Part shown: in pieces, positions 53,770 through 64,000 of the stretch
Layout: each line of letters opens with the position of its first letter
Position numbering within the stretch: position 1 is the stretch's first letter
Assembly (NCBI GenBank): GCA_964016885.1
Contig: OZ024741.1
Location: forward strand, 200,012,001-200,076,000
Length of the DNA: 64,000 nucleotides
Direction: 5' to 3'
Source: Eledone cirrhosa
Lineage: Eukaryota
Position numbers and translations under genes: made by a program
The notes under the pieces: generated by a model
What the model was told of the DNA's origin: nothing
Database searches by the model: none
Seen by the model: only the letters and a program-made list of their open reading frames with translations

Positions 53770-53843
<74 letters not shown>
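53761..53843. repeat. (TATC)n microsatellite at the 5' junction of the Tx1 array
   Basis: About 20 tetranucleotide units, seen directly. Confidence 0.98.
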
Positions 53844-54009
53844 ATTTCTATAGAAATTCTTGTCTGATAACTTTAATTTTTGTACCATTTTGTAGAGGGA
53901 CTGCCAGGTCAAACTTTGATCTGGTCAGTCTCTCAAAATATTCTACGCCTTTAGGCGAAATAGTTAAAAAAAAAAGTTTTTTCTTGTTGAAAAGTCAATA
54001 TTTTTTTAA

Positions 54010-55884
54010 ATGGCCGAAGCTTCTTCACCAAAATTCGAAGGAGGAAAGGGGAAGATGAACTTACAGCTTCCCCCTGCCACTGTCACAGTAGCAGAGGTCA
54101 AGAAGATAGGTCAGCCAGAGGAAGAATTCTCTCCACCTGTTAACCGACAACTTGACGTTGCCATGGCAACAACCCAAAGAACCAGCAGCAACAGCAACAA
54201 CAACAACAATGCGACGGACGAAAACAACACCAATAACAATAACAATAACAACAACAAGACCAATAACGGTGACAACAACAACAATGATAACAACAACACC
54301 ACCAACGACAACAACAACACAAACAAACAAAATTTCTCCTTCGCCGAGACGACAAGGAAAACCCTCGACTATCTGCCAGTAGATATAACAAAAGCGAAGG
54401 AGCTACTGGCGGATGCGAAAAAATATATAGTGTACGGGGAAAATGGTTCATTCACAATCCATTCCCCCCCGGAACTAAAAAGCCAGAGACTCCTAAACAC
54501 GGTCATATTTAGGACAATCTCGAACAAAAGTAAAAAACCAGCTCAACCATCACAGAGCGAGATAGAGCTGGTTTTAAAAGACGTCATGAAGGACATCACC
54601 TTCATTCAGAAGGATAGACTCTACGGGAGTCTATCCATTCTCATGAAGGACAGGGACACAGCAGTGAAACTGTCCATCAAACCAATCACATCCACCGCAT
54701 ACACCTTCTACCCTACGTACATGGGTAGAAGAACACAAAAAATAAAAATCCACACCATCCTGCCGATTATGGACATATGGTGGGTTTTGACAGGTTTTCT
54801 GGACCTGGAGGATGACATGCTGGTGTCCATGGGAAAGGCATCGGGTGACGCGTTCAGTGGAACGAGCCTCGAACTTGTAGTTCAAATGAGGCCCGAAAGG
54901 ATCGCCCAGATCCCTGAACGCGTCATACTGGATGATCTAACCTTCATCAACATTACCGTTGAGGGTAGACGGCCCTCGTGTTACCTCTGCGGAACCAGAG
55001 GTCACCTGAGGGCTGTCTGTCCCCAACTTAATAAGAAAACCCCAATCCTGCCTACACCACCAACAACTGCACAACCAACACAATCACCACAACTACCACT
55101 ACAAAAACAACCACCACAGCTCAAACCAAAACAAAACAATGTCCAACCCATCCCCTCCACTCAAAAAACAAAAACAATTTCCAAAACACCCGTACCGCAA
55201 ACACAACCCGAAAATATACCCCTCCCCTCCAACGCGGAAGATGACCCTAGTTCGTCGTCAGACGAGGAGGAGCACTTCCACACAATCAAAAGAAAAAAAA
55301 GAAAACACACCTCAGACACACAAATGAAAAAAAACCCTCCCCAAAACATAACACTGACACCAACACAAAAGAGCTCACAACAGCAAACAAAAAACACCAC
55401 ACAAAAACAAAAACATGCATACACATACATAAATACAAGAAACAAAAAACTGTTAAACATTGTGTACAACAACAATCTAATAAAAACACAAGGGCCTAAC
55501 TTCACCCAGGCAGGGGATTTCCCCCACCTCAAAATGATTAAGGCCCCACAGGACACCTATAAAACTTTAAAAAACAATTTTAAAGAGGACGTGGGTCCCC
55601 CCTGCGTCGGGCCCATTAACCGCGTCCTCCTAAAAAACTATCCCACCCCCTCCCCAAACACCCTCACAACTCCAAGCTCCCCAACCACACAACACACTTC
55701 CACAAACCACCACCCCACCCAACAACCCATCCCCCACCCTAATGGAAATTGTGCAGCCCGATACCCGGGACGCAGAGAGGTAAGTGCCTTTTCTCTTCAC
55801 CACCAACATGGCTATGCTAAGAGTAGGCTGTTTAAATGCGCGTGGCCTGGGCTCAACTTGGAAGCAAGCAATGCTTCTAAATGA
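54010..55884 (+). CDS. Tx1 ORF1 (gag-like nucleic-acid-binding protein)
   Basis: 624 aa; SFA motif after a poly-Asn tract, CCHC knuckle CYLCGTRGHLRAVC, P/Q/T-rich linker and basic KRKKRK. Confidence 0.9.
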   Translation: MAEASSPKFEGGKGKMNLQLPPATVTVAEVKKIGQPEEEFSPPVNRQLDVAMATTQRTSSNSNNNNNATDENNTNNNNNNNNKTNNGDNNNNDNNNTTNDNNNTNKQNFSFAETTRKTLDYLPVDITKAKELLADAKKYIVYGENGSFTIHSPPELKSQRLLNTVIFRTISNKSKKPAQPSQSEIELVLKDVMKDITFIQKDRLYGSLSILMKDRDTAVKLSIKPITSTAYTFYPTYMGRRTQKIKIHTILPIMDIWWVLTGFLDLEDDMLVSMGKASGDAFSGTSLELVVQMRPERIAQIPERVILDDLTFINITVEGRRPSCYLCGTRGHLRAVCPQLNKKTPILPTPPTTAQPTQSPQLPLQKQPPQLKPKQNNVQPIPSTQKTKTISKTPVPQTQPENIPLPSNAEDDPSSSSDEEEHFHTIKRKKRKHTSDTQMKKNPPQNITLTPTQKSSQQQTKNTTQKQKHAYTYINTRNKKLLNIVYNNNLIKTQGPNFTQAGDFPHLKMIKAPQDTYKTLKNNFKEDVGPPCVGPINRVLLKNYPTPSPNTLTTPSSPTTQHTSTNHHPTQQPIPHPNGNCAARYPGRREVSAFSLHHQHGYAKSRLFKCAWPGLNLEASNASK

Positions 55885-58800
55885 CCTCAGGTCACAACGT
55901 ATAGATGTGATGGTTATTTGCGAGGCCCGGATCAGCAACGTGCGACAGCTGTCCCCCACCTTTGATGACTTTGAGATGCACGCATCTCTCTGTCAGCCCG
56001 GAGGTGGGGGTGGAGTTGTCGTTCTGCTGCAAAAACATCTGGGTCTCGCAACACAGATGGTACATTTGGACCCGGAGGGTCGACTAGTGGTTCTGGACCT
56101 TGGCAGTGGTAAAGGCGGAGCGTTTAGGTTGGTAGCCGCCTACGGCCCTTTCGGGTCAATGCGGCCGGACTTCTTCCATCGTCTGGAGACTTTTCTAGGG
56201 ACGTCCCGCTCCTTGCTATTAGTGGGGGACTGGAATGGTATCCTAGATGCACGCTGGGACTACGTAGGGGCCTGCCCCGATAGAGAGGGGTGTAATAGCC
56301 TCAAAGGGTTAATCGGTCGATTTGACCTGGCCGATAGATATCGACTAGATTTTCCGACTGCGCCAACCTGGACTTGGGCAAATCGTAGCGGATCATCTAG
56401 GTCGTACCTAGATAGGTTCTTAGTTAGAATTAAGGATAAGGACTTTTTAAGTTGTCCAAAAATGCGCATGGTTGGCTATTCAGACCACAAATTAGTGACC
56501 TGCATGGTCAACCTTGACAGAACTCATAGACAGGGCCCCGGTTACTGGAAGCTCAACTTGTCCTTGCCGGCAAGTAGAGCCTACAGGAATCGGATTAGTA
56601 CGTTAGTTAAGGAACGGTTGACTGGAGCGATCGTCAACAGCAGGTGGTGGGTATCTCTAAAGAGAGAGATTAGAGTAGTCTCGATAGAATTTAGTAAGGT
56701 TCTAGCTGCGGATAGGAATAGGAAGGAAAGGGAGCTAATAGATAGAGTAGAAGAGGCAATTAGAAGCGGCGACGTGGCCAGAGTGCTAGCGTCGAGAACG
56801 GCTTTGAGCCAGTTTTTCGACGCGAAGCACGAAGGCTGCGTTGTCCGAAGTAAAATACGTGCTCTAGGGAACGAGGGGACCAAAGCTGTTAGCTGGGCCC
56901 GCGTGACAGAGGCCAACAGTGGAACTAAATCCACCATCCGGTCTTTGCGAGACCTGGATGGACGGGCGATTCTTGAGCCTAAGCAGATGTGTGAGGCCTT
57001 TCAAAGGCACTTTGCCCGACTGTTCGGGAGGGGCGGGGAGCCGGTTGGGAACGTGGACTTCGGTCCATACCTCGACGGCCTGCCGCGCCTCTCGGACAGG
57101 GAGGCGAAGTCCTGCGAGGAGCCGATTTCGGCCGCTGAGATAGAGGACGTGCTGAGCCAATGCGGCAAACGCAAATCCCCGGGTCTCGATGGTCTTCCTT
57201 ACGAATTATATCTAGCTATGCCGGACTTGTTCCCCGATCTCCTCGAGGCGGTCTACTGCAACTGGCAACAGAACGGGAGAATTCCCTGTACTGTGACCAA
57301 GGGCGTAGTCACGCTAGTGAGGAAGGACGAGAACAAGGGGGACGAAATAAGTAACTTCAGGCCCATAACACTGCTAAATACAGAGTTACAGATTTTGGCC
57401 AAGGTGCTAGCAAAGAGGTTGGCGCTTGTCGTGGGCAACCTGGTGGGAGATGCGCAGACATGCGCTATCCCGTCCAGGTCCATCCATGACAACCTCCACC
57501 TCATGCGATACATCATAGAGAGGGTTGGGAACGAACCCGGCTTTGGTGGGGCTCTGATCAACTTGGATCAATCTAAGGCGTTCGATAGGGTCGACCATGG
57601 TTACCTGGATGCGGTGCTAGCGGCGGCAGGCTTCGGACCCGTTTTCAGGGGCTGGATCACTGCTATGCACAGCAGCCGCATCTGCTCTAGGGTCAAGGTG
57701 AACGGCTACCTCTCGGAGCCGTTCAAAATCGCGCGGTCCATCCGACAAGGGTGCCCTCTCTCCTCCCTTCTGTATGTGTTGACTCTCGAGCCACTACTGC
57801 GGAAGTTGGAGTTGTTGCAGGGCATCCCTTTGGAACCGGGATTGCGGAAAGCGGTGTCAGCCTACGCCGATGACGTGACAGTAATGGTGTCGACGGCCTC
57901 CGAAATCGAGGCGGTCGGCACCTTACTGGAGGAGTACGAAAAGTTCACAGGGGCTAAGCTGAACCGGGACAAGTCGATCGGTTTGCAACTCGGCACGTGG
58001 AGGGGCAGACCGATGCCCTCCGATAGCGTCGTCGGACGCTGGACGGAGGGCCCGGTGAAGTTGCTCGGGGTCTGGTTCGGACCGGACCTCCAGGTGGAGA
58101 AAAACTGGGCGGAGGTTACGAACAGGGTGTTTGCACTGACCCAGAAGTGGGCCAGTTGCAAACTATCCCTGAAAGGTCGGGCGGAGGTGGCGAACACCTA
58201 CATAGCGTCCGTCATCTACTACCGCCTGACCGTAGTGCCCTGCCCAAGGGAAACCCTCACCAAGATGGAGCGCGCGCTCTTCCAATTCCTTTGGAAGAGG
58301 CGGGCTCCTATGGTGAGGAGATCCATCTGCTGTCAACACCCTTCGAAAGGAGGGCTGGGGATGCCGTGGCTAATGATGCGTAAACACGCATTAAGGCTAC
58401 GGCACCTCTACGTATTCCTCACCGGACAACCGGTGTGGGCCTCGTTTGTGAGACGAACCTTTCCCAGACTCGTCTCACTCACCGAGCTGCAATCCTGGGT
58501 CAAGCAAAGACCGAGAAAACTGGGCGCCTGGCACACTGAGTGTGCCCAGGCGCTCACCGCCCTCTGGCAGGCGGATCCGGTTGTCAGTGGAGACTCCACC
58601 GCAACATTCTATAGAGGGCTGGTACGCAACAGGTGCGACGACGCCCTCGGAGAAGCCCTAGACATGGAGGAGGACGAACTGGCTAGCCTGTTCGGTAGGA
58701 CATTCAGCCCGGGACCTATGGACAACTTCCAGAAGTCCCTGGCCTGGCAGTGCTACCGAGGGGCTTTACCCGTTCGAGAAAGGCTCTACAGACACGGGCG

Positions 58801-59245
58801 CCCGGGTAGGGACCCCGCCAAAAAGATCTGTCCCAGATGCGTGTGCGACGAGGAAACCGTTGCACACGCATTAGTACACTGCTCGGGCGTAGCCGATCTG
58901 TGGGGCTATGTCGAACAACTGCTGTCAAGGGTGGGACCGATCCGGCTGACCACCGAGTCTATTGTAATGATCAAGCCGCCTCCCCCCTTCAAAGATGAAG
59001 CAGAGGCGGTGTTTCTGTGCGTAATAGCCATGGCGAAAGAGGTTGTATGGTGGACGCGTCTGAAAGGACTGAGGTCGGGCACCTTTCTCTCTGGCCAACA
59101 ACTCGTCCGTTTCTTCCGATATCATTTCGGAAGAAGGATCAGGATGGAGAGAGAGGTGCTGCACCCCAGCCGTTTCTATGAAAGATGGGTGAAAGTGGCG
59201 AGAATGGCCCGTGTGAATGGGCCTTCACTCTACATCAGACTATAG
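55808..59245 (+). CDS. Tx1 ORF2: AP endonuclease + reverse transcriptase + C-terminal CCHC
   Basis: CLNARGL, GDWNG, SYLDRF, SDHK, GPGYWKLN, KSPGLDGL, NFRPITLLN, LDQSKAFDRV, IRQGCPLS, AYADD, KGGLG and CPRC..ETVAHALVHC. First ATG is at 55808 (the ORF track starts at GTG 55784). Confidence 0.95.
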   Translation: MAMLRVGCLNARGLGSTWKQAMLLNDLRSQRIDVMVICEARISNVRQLSPTFDDFEMHASLCQPGGGGGVVVLLQKHLGLATQMVHLDPEGRLVVLDLGSGKGGAFRLVAAYGPFGSMRPDFFHRLETFLGTSRSLLLVGDWNGILDARWDYVGACPDREGCNSLKGLIGRFDLADRYRLDFPTAPTWTWANRSGSSRSYLDRFLVRIKDKDFLSCPKMRMVGYSDHKLVTCMVNLDRTHRQGPGYWKLNLSLPASRAYRNRISTLVKERLTGAIVNSRWWVSLKREIRVVSIEFSKVLAADRNRKERELIDRVEEAIRSGDVARVLASRTALSQFFDAKHEGCVVRSKIRALGNEGTKAVSWARVTEANSGTKSTIRSLRDLDGRAILEPKQMCEAFQRHFARLFGRGGEPVGNVDFGPYLDGLPRLSDREAKSCEEPISAAEIEDVLSQCGKRKSPGLDGLPYELYLAMPDLFPDLLEAVYCNWQQNGRIPCTVTKGVVTLVRKDENKGDEISNFRPITLLNTELQILAKVLAKRLALVVGNLVGDAQTCAIPSRSIHDNLHLMRYIIERVGNEPGFGGALINLDQSKAFDRVDHGYLDAVLAAAGFGPVFRGWITAMHSSRICSRVKVNGYLSEPFKIARSIRQGCPLSSLLYVLTLEPLLRKLELLQGIPLEPGLRKAVSAYADDVTVMVSTASEIEAVGTLLEEYEKFTGAKLNRDKSIGLQLGTWRGRPMPSDSVVGRWTEGPVKLLGVWFGPDLQVEKNWAEVTNRVFALTQKWASCKLSLKGRAEVANTYIASVIYYRLTVVPCPRETLTKMERALFQFLWKRRAPMVRRSICCQHPSKGGLGMPWLMMRKHALRLRHLYVFLTGQPVWASFVRRTFPRLVSLTELQSWVKQRPRKLGAWHTECAQALTALWQADPVVSGDSTATFYRGLVRNRCDDALGEALDMEEDELASLFGRTFSPGPMDNFQKSLAWQCYRGALPVRERLYRHGRPGRDPAKKICPRCVCDEETVAHALVHCSGVADLWGYVEQLLSRVGPIRLTTESIVMIKPPPPFKDEAEAVFLCVIAMAKEVVWWTRLKGLRSGTFLSGQQLVRFFRYHFGRRIRMEREVLHPSRFYERWVKVARMARVNGPSLYIRL

Positions 59246-59507
59246 GTGAGGAAGATGAAAGACCAAGGGAGCACCCCCTCTCTGTGCTCCTGAGGAGAAG
59301 GGTTGCACACTTTTTTCGGGGGTGTGTGCGACCCCCCAAGGCGCCTCCTCTCTATTGAGGATTTTGTTAAAAATTTTATTTTTTGTTATATCTTATTTTA
59401 TTTTTATATTTTGTTATTGCCTCCTCCTTATTGAGGACGCCTTTTTGTGTAAACTCCCCCCATTGTACTTGTCCCACTTTTGATGCCCTAGTGGCAAATA
59501 AAAGAAA

Positions 59508-59530
59508 TATATCTATCTATCTATCTATCT
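59508..59530. repeat. (TATC)n spacer between Tx1 copies 1 and 2
   Basis: tatatctatctatctatctatct directly after the 3' end of copy 1. Confidence 0.95.
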
Positions 59531-61808
59531 AGCAGATGTGTGCGGCCTTTCAGCAGCACTTTGCTCAACTGTTCGGGCGGAGCGGCGCGCCGGGAGGGGC
59601 TATGGATTTCGGTCCATACCTCGACGGCCTACCGCGACTCTCGGACAGTGAGGCAAAGTTCTGCGAAAAGCCGATTTCAGCTGCTGAGATAGGGGACACG
59701 CTGAGCCAATGCGGCAAACGCAAATCTCCAGGTCTCGACGGTCTACCCTACGAATTTTACGTAGCAATGCCGGACTTATTCTCCGGTCTCCTGGAATCGG
59801 TCTACTGCAACTGGCAACAGAACGGGAGAATTCTCAGTTCTGTAACCGGGGGCGTGGTCACATTAGTCAGGAAGGATGAGAATAAGGGGGATGACATAGG
59901 CAACTTCCGGCCCATAACTCTGCAAAATACAGAGTTACAGATTTTGGCCAAGGTGTTGGCAAAGAGGCTGGCGCTTGTCGTCGAGAACCTGGTGGGAGAA
60001 GTGCAGACATGAGCAAACCCGACCAGGTCCATACACGATAACCTCCAGCTCATGCGATACATCATAGAGAGGGTAGGGTGTAAACCCGGCTGCGGTGGGG
60101 CCCTGATCAACTTGGATCAGTCTAAGGCTTTCGATAGGGTTGACCATCGTTACCTGGATATGGTGCTCGAGGCGGCAGGCTTCAGACCCGTGTTCAGGGG
60201 CTGGATTGCTGCAATGCACAACAGCAACATCTGCTCAAGGGTCAAGGTGAATGGCTACCTCTCGGAGCCGTTCCATATTATGCGATCCATTCGACAGGGA
60301 TGCCCTCTCTCCTCCCTTCTGTACGTACTGTCTCCCGAGCCACTACTGTGGAAGTTGGAGCTATTGCAGGGCATCTCTCTGGAACCGGGACTGTGGAAAG
60401 TGGCGTCCGCCTATGCCGACGACGTGACAGTAATGGTGTCGAGCACCTCGCAAATCGAGGAAGTCGGCACCTTACTGAAGGAATACGAAAGTTTCACAGG
60501 AGCGAAGCTGAACCGGGACAAGTCCAGGCACATGGCTCAGTGGTTAGAGCATTGGCTGTGCAATCGAAAGGTTGTGAGTTCAATTCTCAGACCGGGTGAT
60601 GTGTTGTTTCCTTGAGCAAGACACTTTATTTCACATTGCTCCAGTTTACTCAGCTGTAGAAATGAGATGATAGGGACTGGGGTCCATATCATTCCACTGC
60701 AAAGTGGTCGTAGAGGTGCCACGGCAAAAACGCACCCAGCACTCACTGTAAATGAGGTTGGTGTTAGGAAGGGCATCCAGCTGTAGAAATCAAGCCAAAT
60801 CAGTTCCCGTCTCACCCTTGCAAGCAGGGAAAAGTGGACGTTAAATGAAATGAAATGATGAATGATCGTGGAGAGGCAAACTGATGCCTTCTGATGGCGT
60901 CGTTGGATGCTGGACGGAAGGACCGGTAAAGCTGCTCGGGATCTGGTTTGGTCCGGACCTCCAGGTGGAGAAGAACTGGAACAAAGTAACGGCCAAGGTG
61001 TTTGCACTCACCCAGAAGTGGGACGAGTGCAAATTATCCTTAAAAGGTCAAGCGGAGGTGGCAAACACTTTTATAGCGTCCGCCATCTACTACCGCTTGA
61101 CCGTCGTGCCTTGTCCAGCCAAAACGCTCGCCAAAATGGAGCGCGCGCTCTTCCAATTCCTTTGGCAGAGGCGGGCTCCTTTGGTGAGAAGATCCATCTG
61201 CTGCCAATACCCTTCTAACAGAGGGCTGGGGATGCCGTGGTTGACGATGCGCAAACACGCATTCAGGCTGCGGCATCTCTACGTATTCCTCACTGGACAA
61301 CCGGTGTGGGCCCCATTCGTGAGGTAGCCTTCCCACGACTCGTCTCGCTGACCGAGCTGCAGTCCTGGGTCAAGCAAAGACCGAGGAAAATGGGCGACTG
61401 GCACATCGAATGTGCTCAGGCGCTCACAGCCCTCTGGCAGGCGGACCCGGCGATCAGTGGAGACTCCACTTCGTCATTCTATACAGGGTTGATCCGCAGC
61501 AAGTGCGACGACGCGCTCGGTGAAACTCTAGGCGTAGAGCAAGATGAACTGGCCAGTCTGTTCGGTAGGACCTTGAGGAAAAGGAGGAGGAGAGGAAAGG
61601 AGTAAAAACTCTTCGTACTCCTGGAGATGAGGGTTTCACATTTTTTCAGGGGTATGTGTTACCCATATAAACTGTCTCCCCCTATTGGGGAAAATCGACT
61701 AATTTTTAAATTGCATTTGTGATAACATTTTACACGTTTTTATTGTATGTAAACTTCCCCCTTTGTATTTGTCCCCTTCTTTTGTGCACCTGTGGCTAAT
61801 AAAGAAAC
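59531..61808 (+). mobile_element. 5'-truncated, older Tx1 of a diverged subfamily (defective)
   Basis: Starts at the equivalent of ~56982, has many synonymous differences from copy 1 and stops at 60010 and 61325. It carries a SINE insertion and has lost the C-terminal ~540 bp of ORF2; it ends AATAAAGAAA. Confidence 0.92.
60526..60866 (+). mobile_element. tRNA/CORE SINE inserted in Tx1 copy 2
   Basis: A-box TGGCTCAGTGG, B-box GAGTTCAATTC, CORE-like block and a (AATGA)n tail. Confidence 0.92.
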
Positions 61809-61882
61809 ATATCTATCCATCCATCCACCCACTCACCCATCCATCTATCTATCTCTCTATATATCCATCCATCCATCCATCC

Positions 61883-61931
<49 letters not shown>
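61809..61931. repeat. (TCCA)n/(TATC)n spacer between Tx1 copies 2 and 3
   Basis: Degenerate TCCA units grading into pure TATC next to copy 3. Confidence 0.95.
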
Positions 61932-61932
<1 letters not shown>

Positions 61933-64000
61933 TAATCGGTCGATTTGACCTGGCCGATAGATATCGACTAGATTTTCCGACTGCGCCAACCTGGACTTGG
62001 GCAAATCGTAGCGGATCATCTAGGTCGTACCTAGATAGGTTCTTAGTTAGAATTAAGGATAAGGACTTTTTAAGTTGTCCAAAAATGCGCATGGTTGGCT
62101 ATTCAGACCACAAATTAGTGACCTGCATGGTCAACCTTGACAGAACTCATAGACAGGGCCCCGGTTACTGGAATCTCAACTTGTCCTTGCCGGCAAGTAG
62201 AGCCTACAGGAATCGGATTAGTACGTTAGTTAAGGAACGGTTGACTGGAGCGATCGTCAACAGCAGGTGGTGGGTATCTCTAAAGAGAGAGATTAGAGTA
62301 GTCTCGATAGAATTTAGTAAGGTTCTAGCTGCGGATAGGAATAGGAAGGAAAGGGAGCTAATAGATAGAGTAGAAGAGGCAATTAGAAGCGGCGACGTGG
62401 CCAGAGTGCTAGCGTCGAGAACGGCTTTCAGCCAGTTTTTCGACGCGAAGCACGAAGGCTGCGTTGTCCGAAGTAAAATACGTGCTCTAGGGAACGAGGG
62501 GACCAAAGCTGTTAGCTGGGCCCACGTGACAGAGGCCAACAGTGGAACTAAATCCACCATCCGGTCTTTGCGAGACCTGGATGGACGGGCGATTCTTGAG
62601 CCTAAGCAGATGTGTGAGGCCTTTCAAAGGCACTTTGCCCGACTGTTCGGGAGGGGCGGGGAGCCGGTTGGGAACGTGGACTTCGGTCCATACCTCGACG
62701 GCCTGCTGCGCCTCTCGGACAGGGAGGCGAAGTCCTGCGAGGAGCCGATTTCGGCCGCTGAGATAGAGGACGTGCTGAGCCAATGCGGCAAACGCAAATC
62801 CCCGGGTCTCGATGGTCTTCCTTACGAATTATATCTAGCTATGCCGGACTTGTTCCCCGATCTCCTCGAGGCGGTCTACTGCAACTGGCAACAGAACGGG
62901 AGAATTCCCTGTACTGTGACCAAGGGCGTAGTCACGCTAGTGAGGAAGGACGAGAACAAGGGGGACGAAATAAGTAACTTCAGGCCCATAACACTGCTAA
63001 ATACAGAGTTACAGATTTTGGCCAAGGTGCTAGCAAAGAGGTTGGCGCTTGTCGTGGGCAACCTGGTGGGAGATGCGCAGACATGCGCTATCCCGTCCAG
63101 GTCCATCCATGACAACCTCCACCTCATGCGATACATCATAGAGAGGGTTGGGAACGAACCCGGCTTTGGTGGGGCTCTGATCAACTTGGATCAATCTAAG
63201 GCGTTCGATAGGGTCGACCATGGTTACCTGGATGCGGTGCTAGCGGCGGCAGGCTTCGGACCCGTTTTCAGGGGCTGGATCACTGCTATGCACAGCAGCC
63301 GCATCTGCTCTAGGGTCAAGGTGAACGGCTACCTCTCGGAGCCGTTCAAAATCGCGCGGTTCATCCGACAAGGGTGCCCTCTCTCCTCCCTTCTGTATGT
63401 GTTGACTCTCGAGCCACTACTGCGGAAGTTGGAGTTGTTGCAGGGCATCCCTTTGGAACCGGGATTGCGGAAAGCGGTGTCGGCCTACGCCGATGACGTG
63501 ACAGTAATGGTGTCGATGGCCTCCGAAATCGAGGCGGTCGGCACATTACTGGAGGAGTACGAAAAGTTCACAGGGGCTAAGCTGAACCGGGACAAGTCGA
63601 TCGGTTTGCAACTCGGCACATGGAGGGGCAGACCGATGCCCTCCGATGGCGTCGTCGGACGCTGGACGGAGGGCCCGGTGAAGTTGCTCGGGGTCTGGTT
63701 CGGACCGGACCTCCAGGTGGAGAAAAACTGGGCGGAGGTTACGAACAGGGTGTTTGCACTGACCCAGAAGTGGGCCAGTTGCAAACTATCCCTGAAAGGT
63801 CGGGCGGAGGTGGCGAACACCTACATAGCGTCCGTCATCTACTACCGCCTGACCGTAGTGCCCTGCCCAAGGGAAACCCTCACCAAGATGGAGCGCGCGC
63901 TCTTCCAATTCCTTTGGAAGAAGCGGGCTCCTATGGTGAGGAGATCCATCTGCTGTCAACACCCTTCGAAAGGAGGGCTGCGGATGCCGTGGCTAATGAT
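61932..64000 (+). mobile_element. 5'-truncated Tx1 nearly identical to copy 1; continues past the window end
   Basis: Colinear with 56309 onward at a constant offset of 5623 bp, with only scattered substitutions. Confidence 0.97.

Larger units (their letters stand above)
53844..59507 (+). mobile_element. Apparently full-length, intact Tx1-clade (L1 group) non-LTR retrotransposon
   Basis: Two overlapping uninterrupted ORFs, CpG-rich; AATAAA at 59497; flanked on both sides by (TATC)n. Confidence 0.93.

Noticed and set aside
56260-63820. Antisense and alternate-frame ORFs over Tx1 ORF2
   Set aside because: They are shadows of a GC-rich coding region and recur only because the element is repeated.
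59531-64000. Tx1 copies as segmental duplication or LTRs
   Set aside because: The copies have different 5' truncation points, copy 2 is from a diverged subfamily, and there are no integrase or LTR features.

Overview
This is AT-rich, microsatellite-laden eukaryotic DNA. The SINE repertoire (tRNA/CORE SINEs with RTE-type tails, Meta-domain SINEs, a Nin-domain fragment) suggests an octopod cephalopod; that assignment is an inference. Host content is sparse and on the minus strand: two exons of an acylphosphatase (ACYP-family) gene (47910-48019 and 32531-32645) and one probable exon of an unidentified gene (8036-8243). The rest is mostly retroelement debris (RTE, CR1, Penelope-like elements [PLEs]) and MITEs. 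Three things stand out. (1) An intact-looking two-ORF Tx1-clade LINE and two 5'-truncated relatives are stacked head-to-tail, each junction made of (TATC)n, which points to GATA-microsatellite target specificity. (2) At least six fold-back elements from mostly unrelated sequence families sit in or beside (TA)n tracts and carry type I hammerhead ribozyme (HHR) motifs, usually one per arm and so on both strands; they are probably derived from PLE pseudo-LTRs. (3) Two diverged copies of a hammerhead-like RNA have a non-canonical core (CCGUCGA instead of CUGANGA) and a long, covarying stem II. Everything was read by eye; the boundaries of degenerate repeats are approximate.
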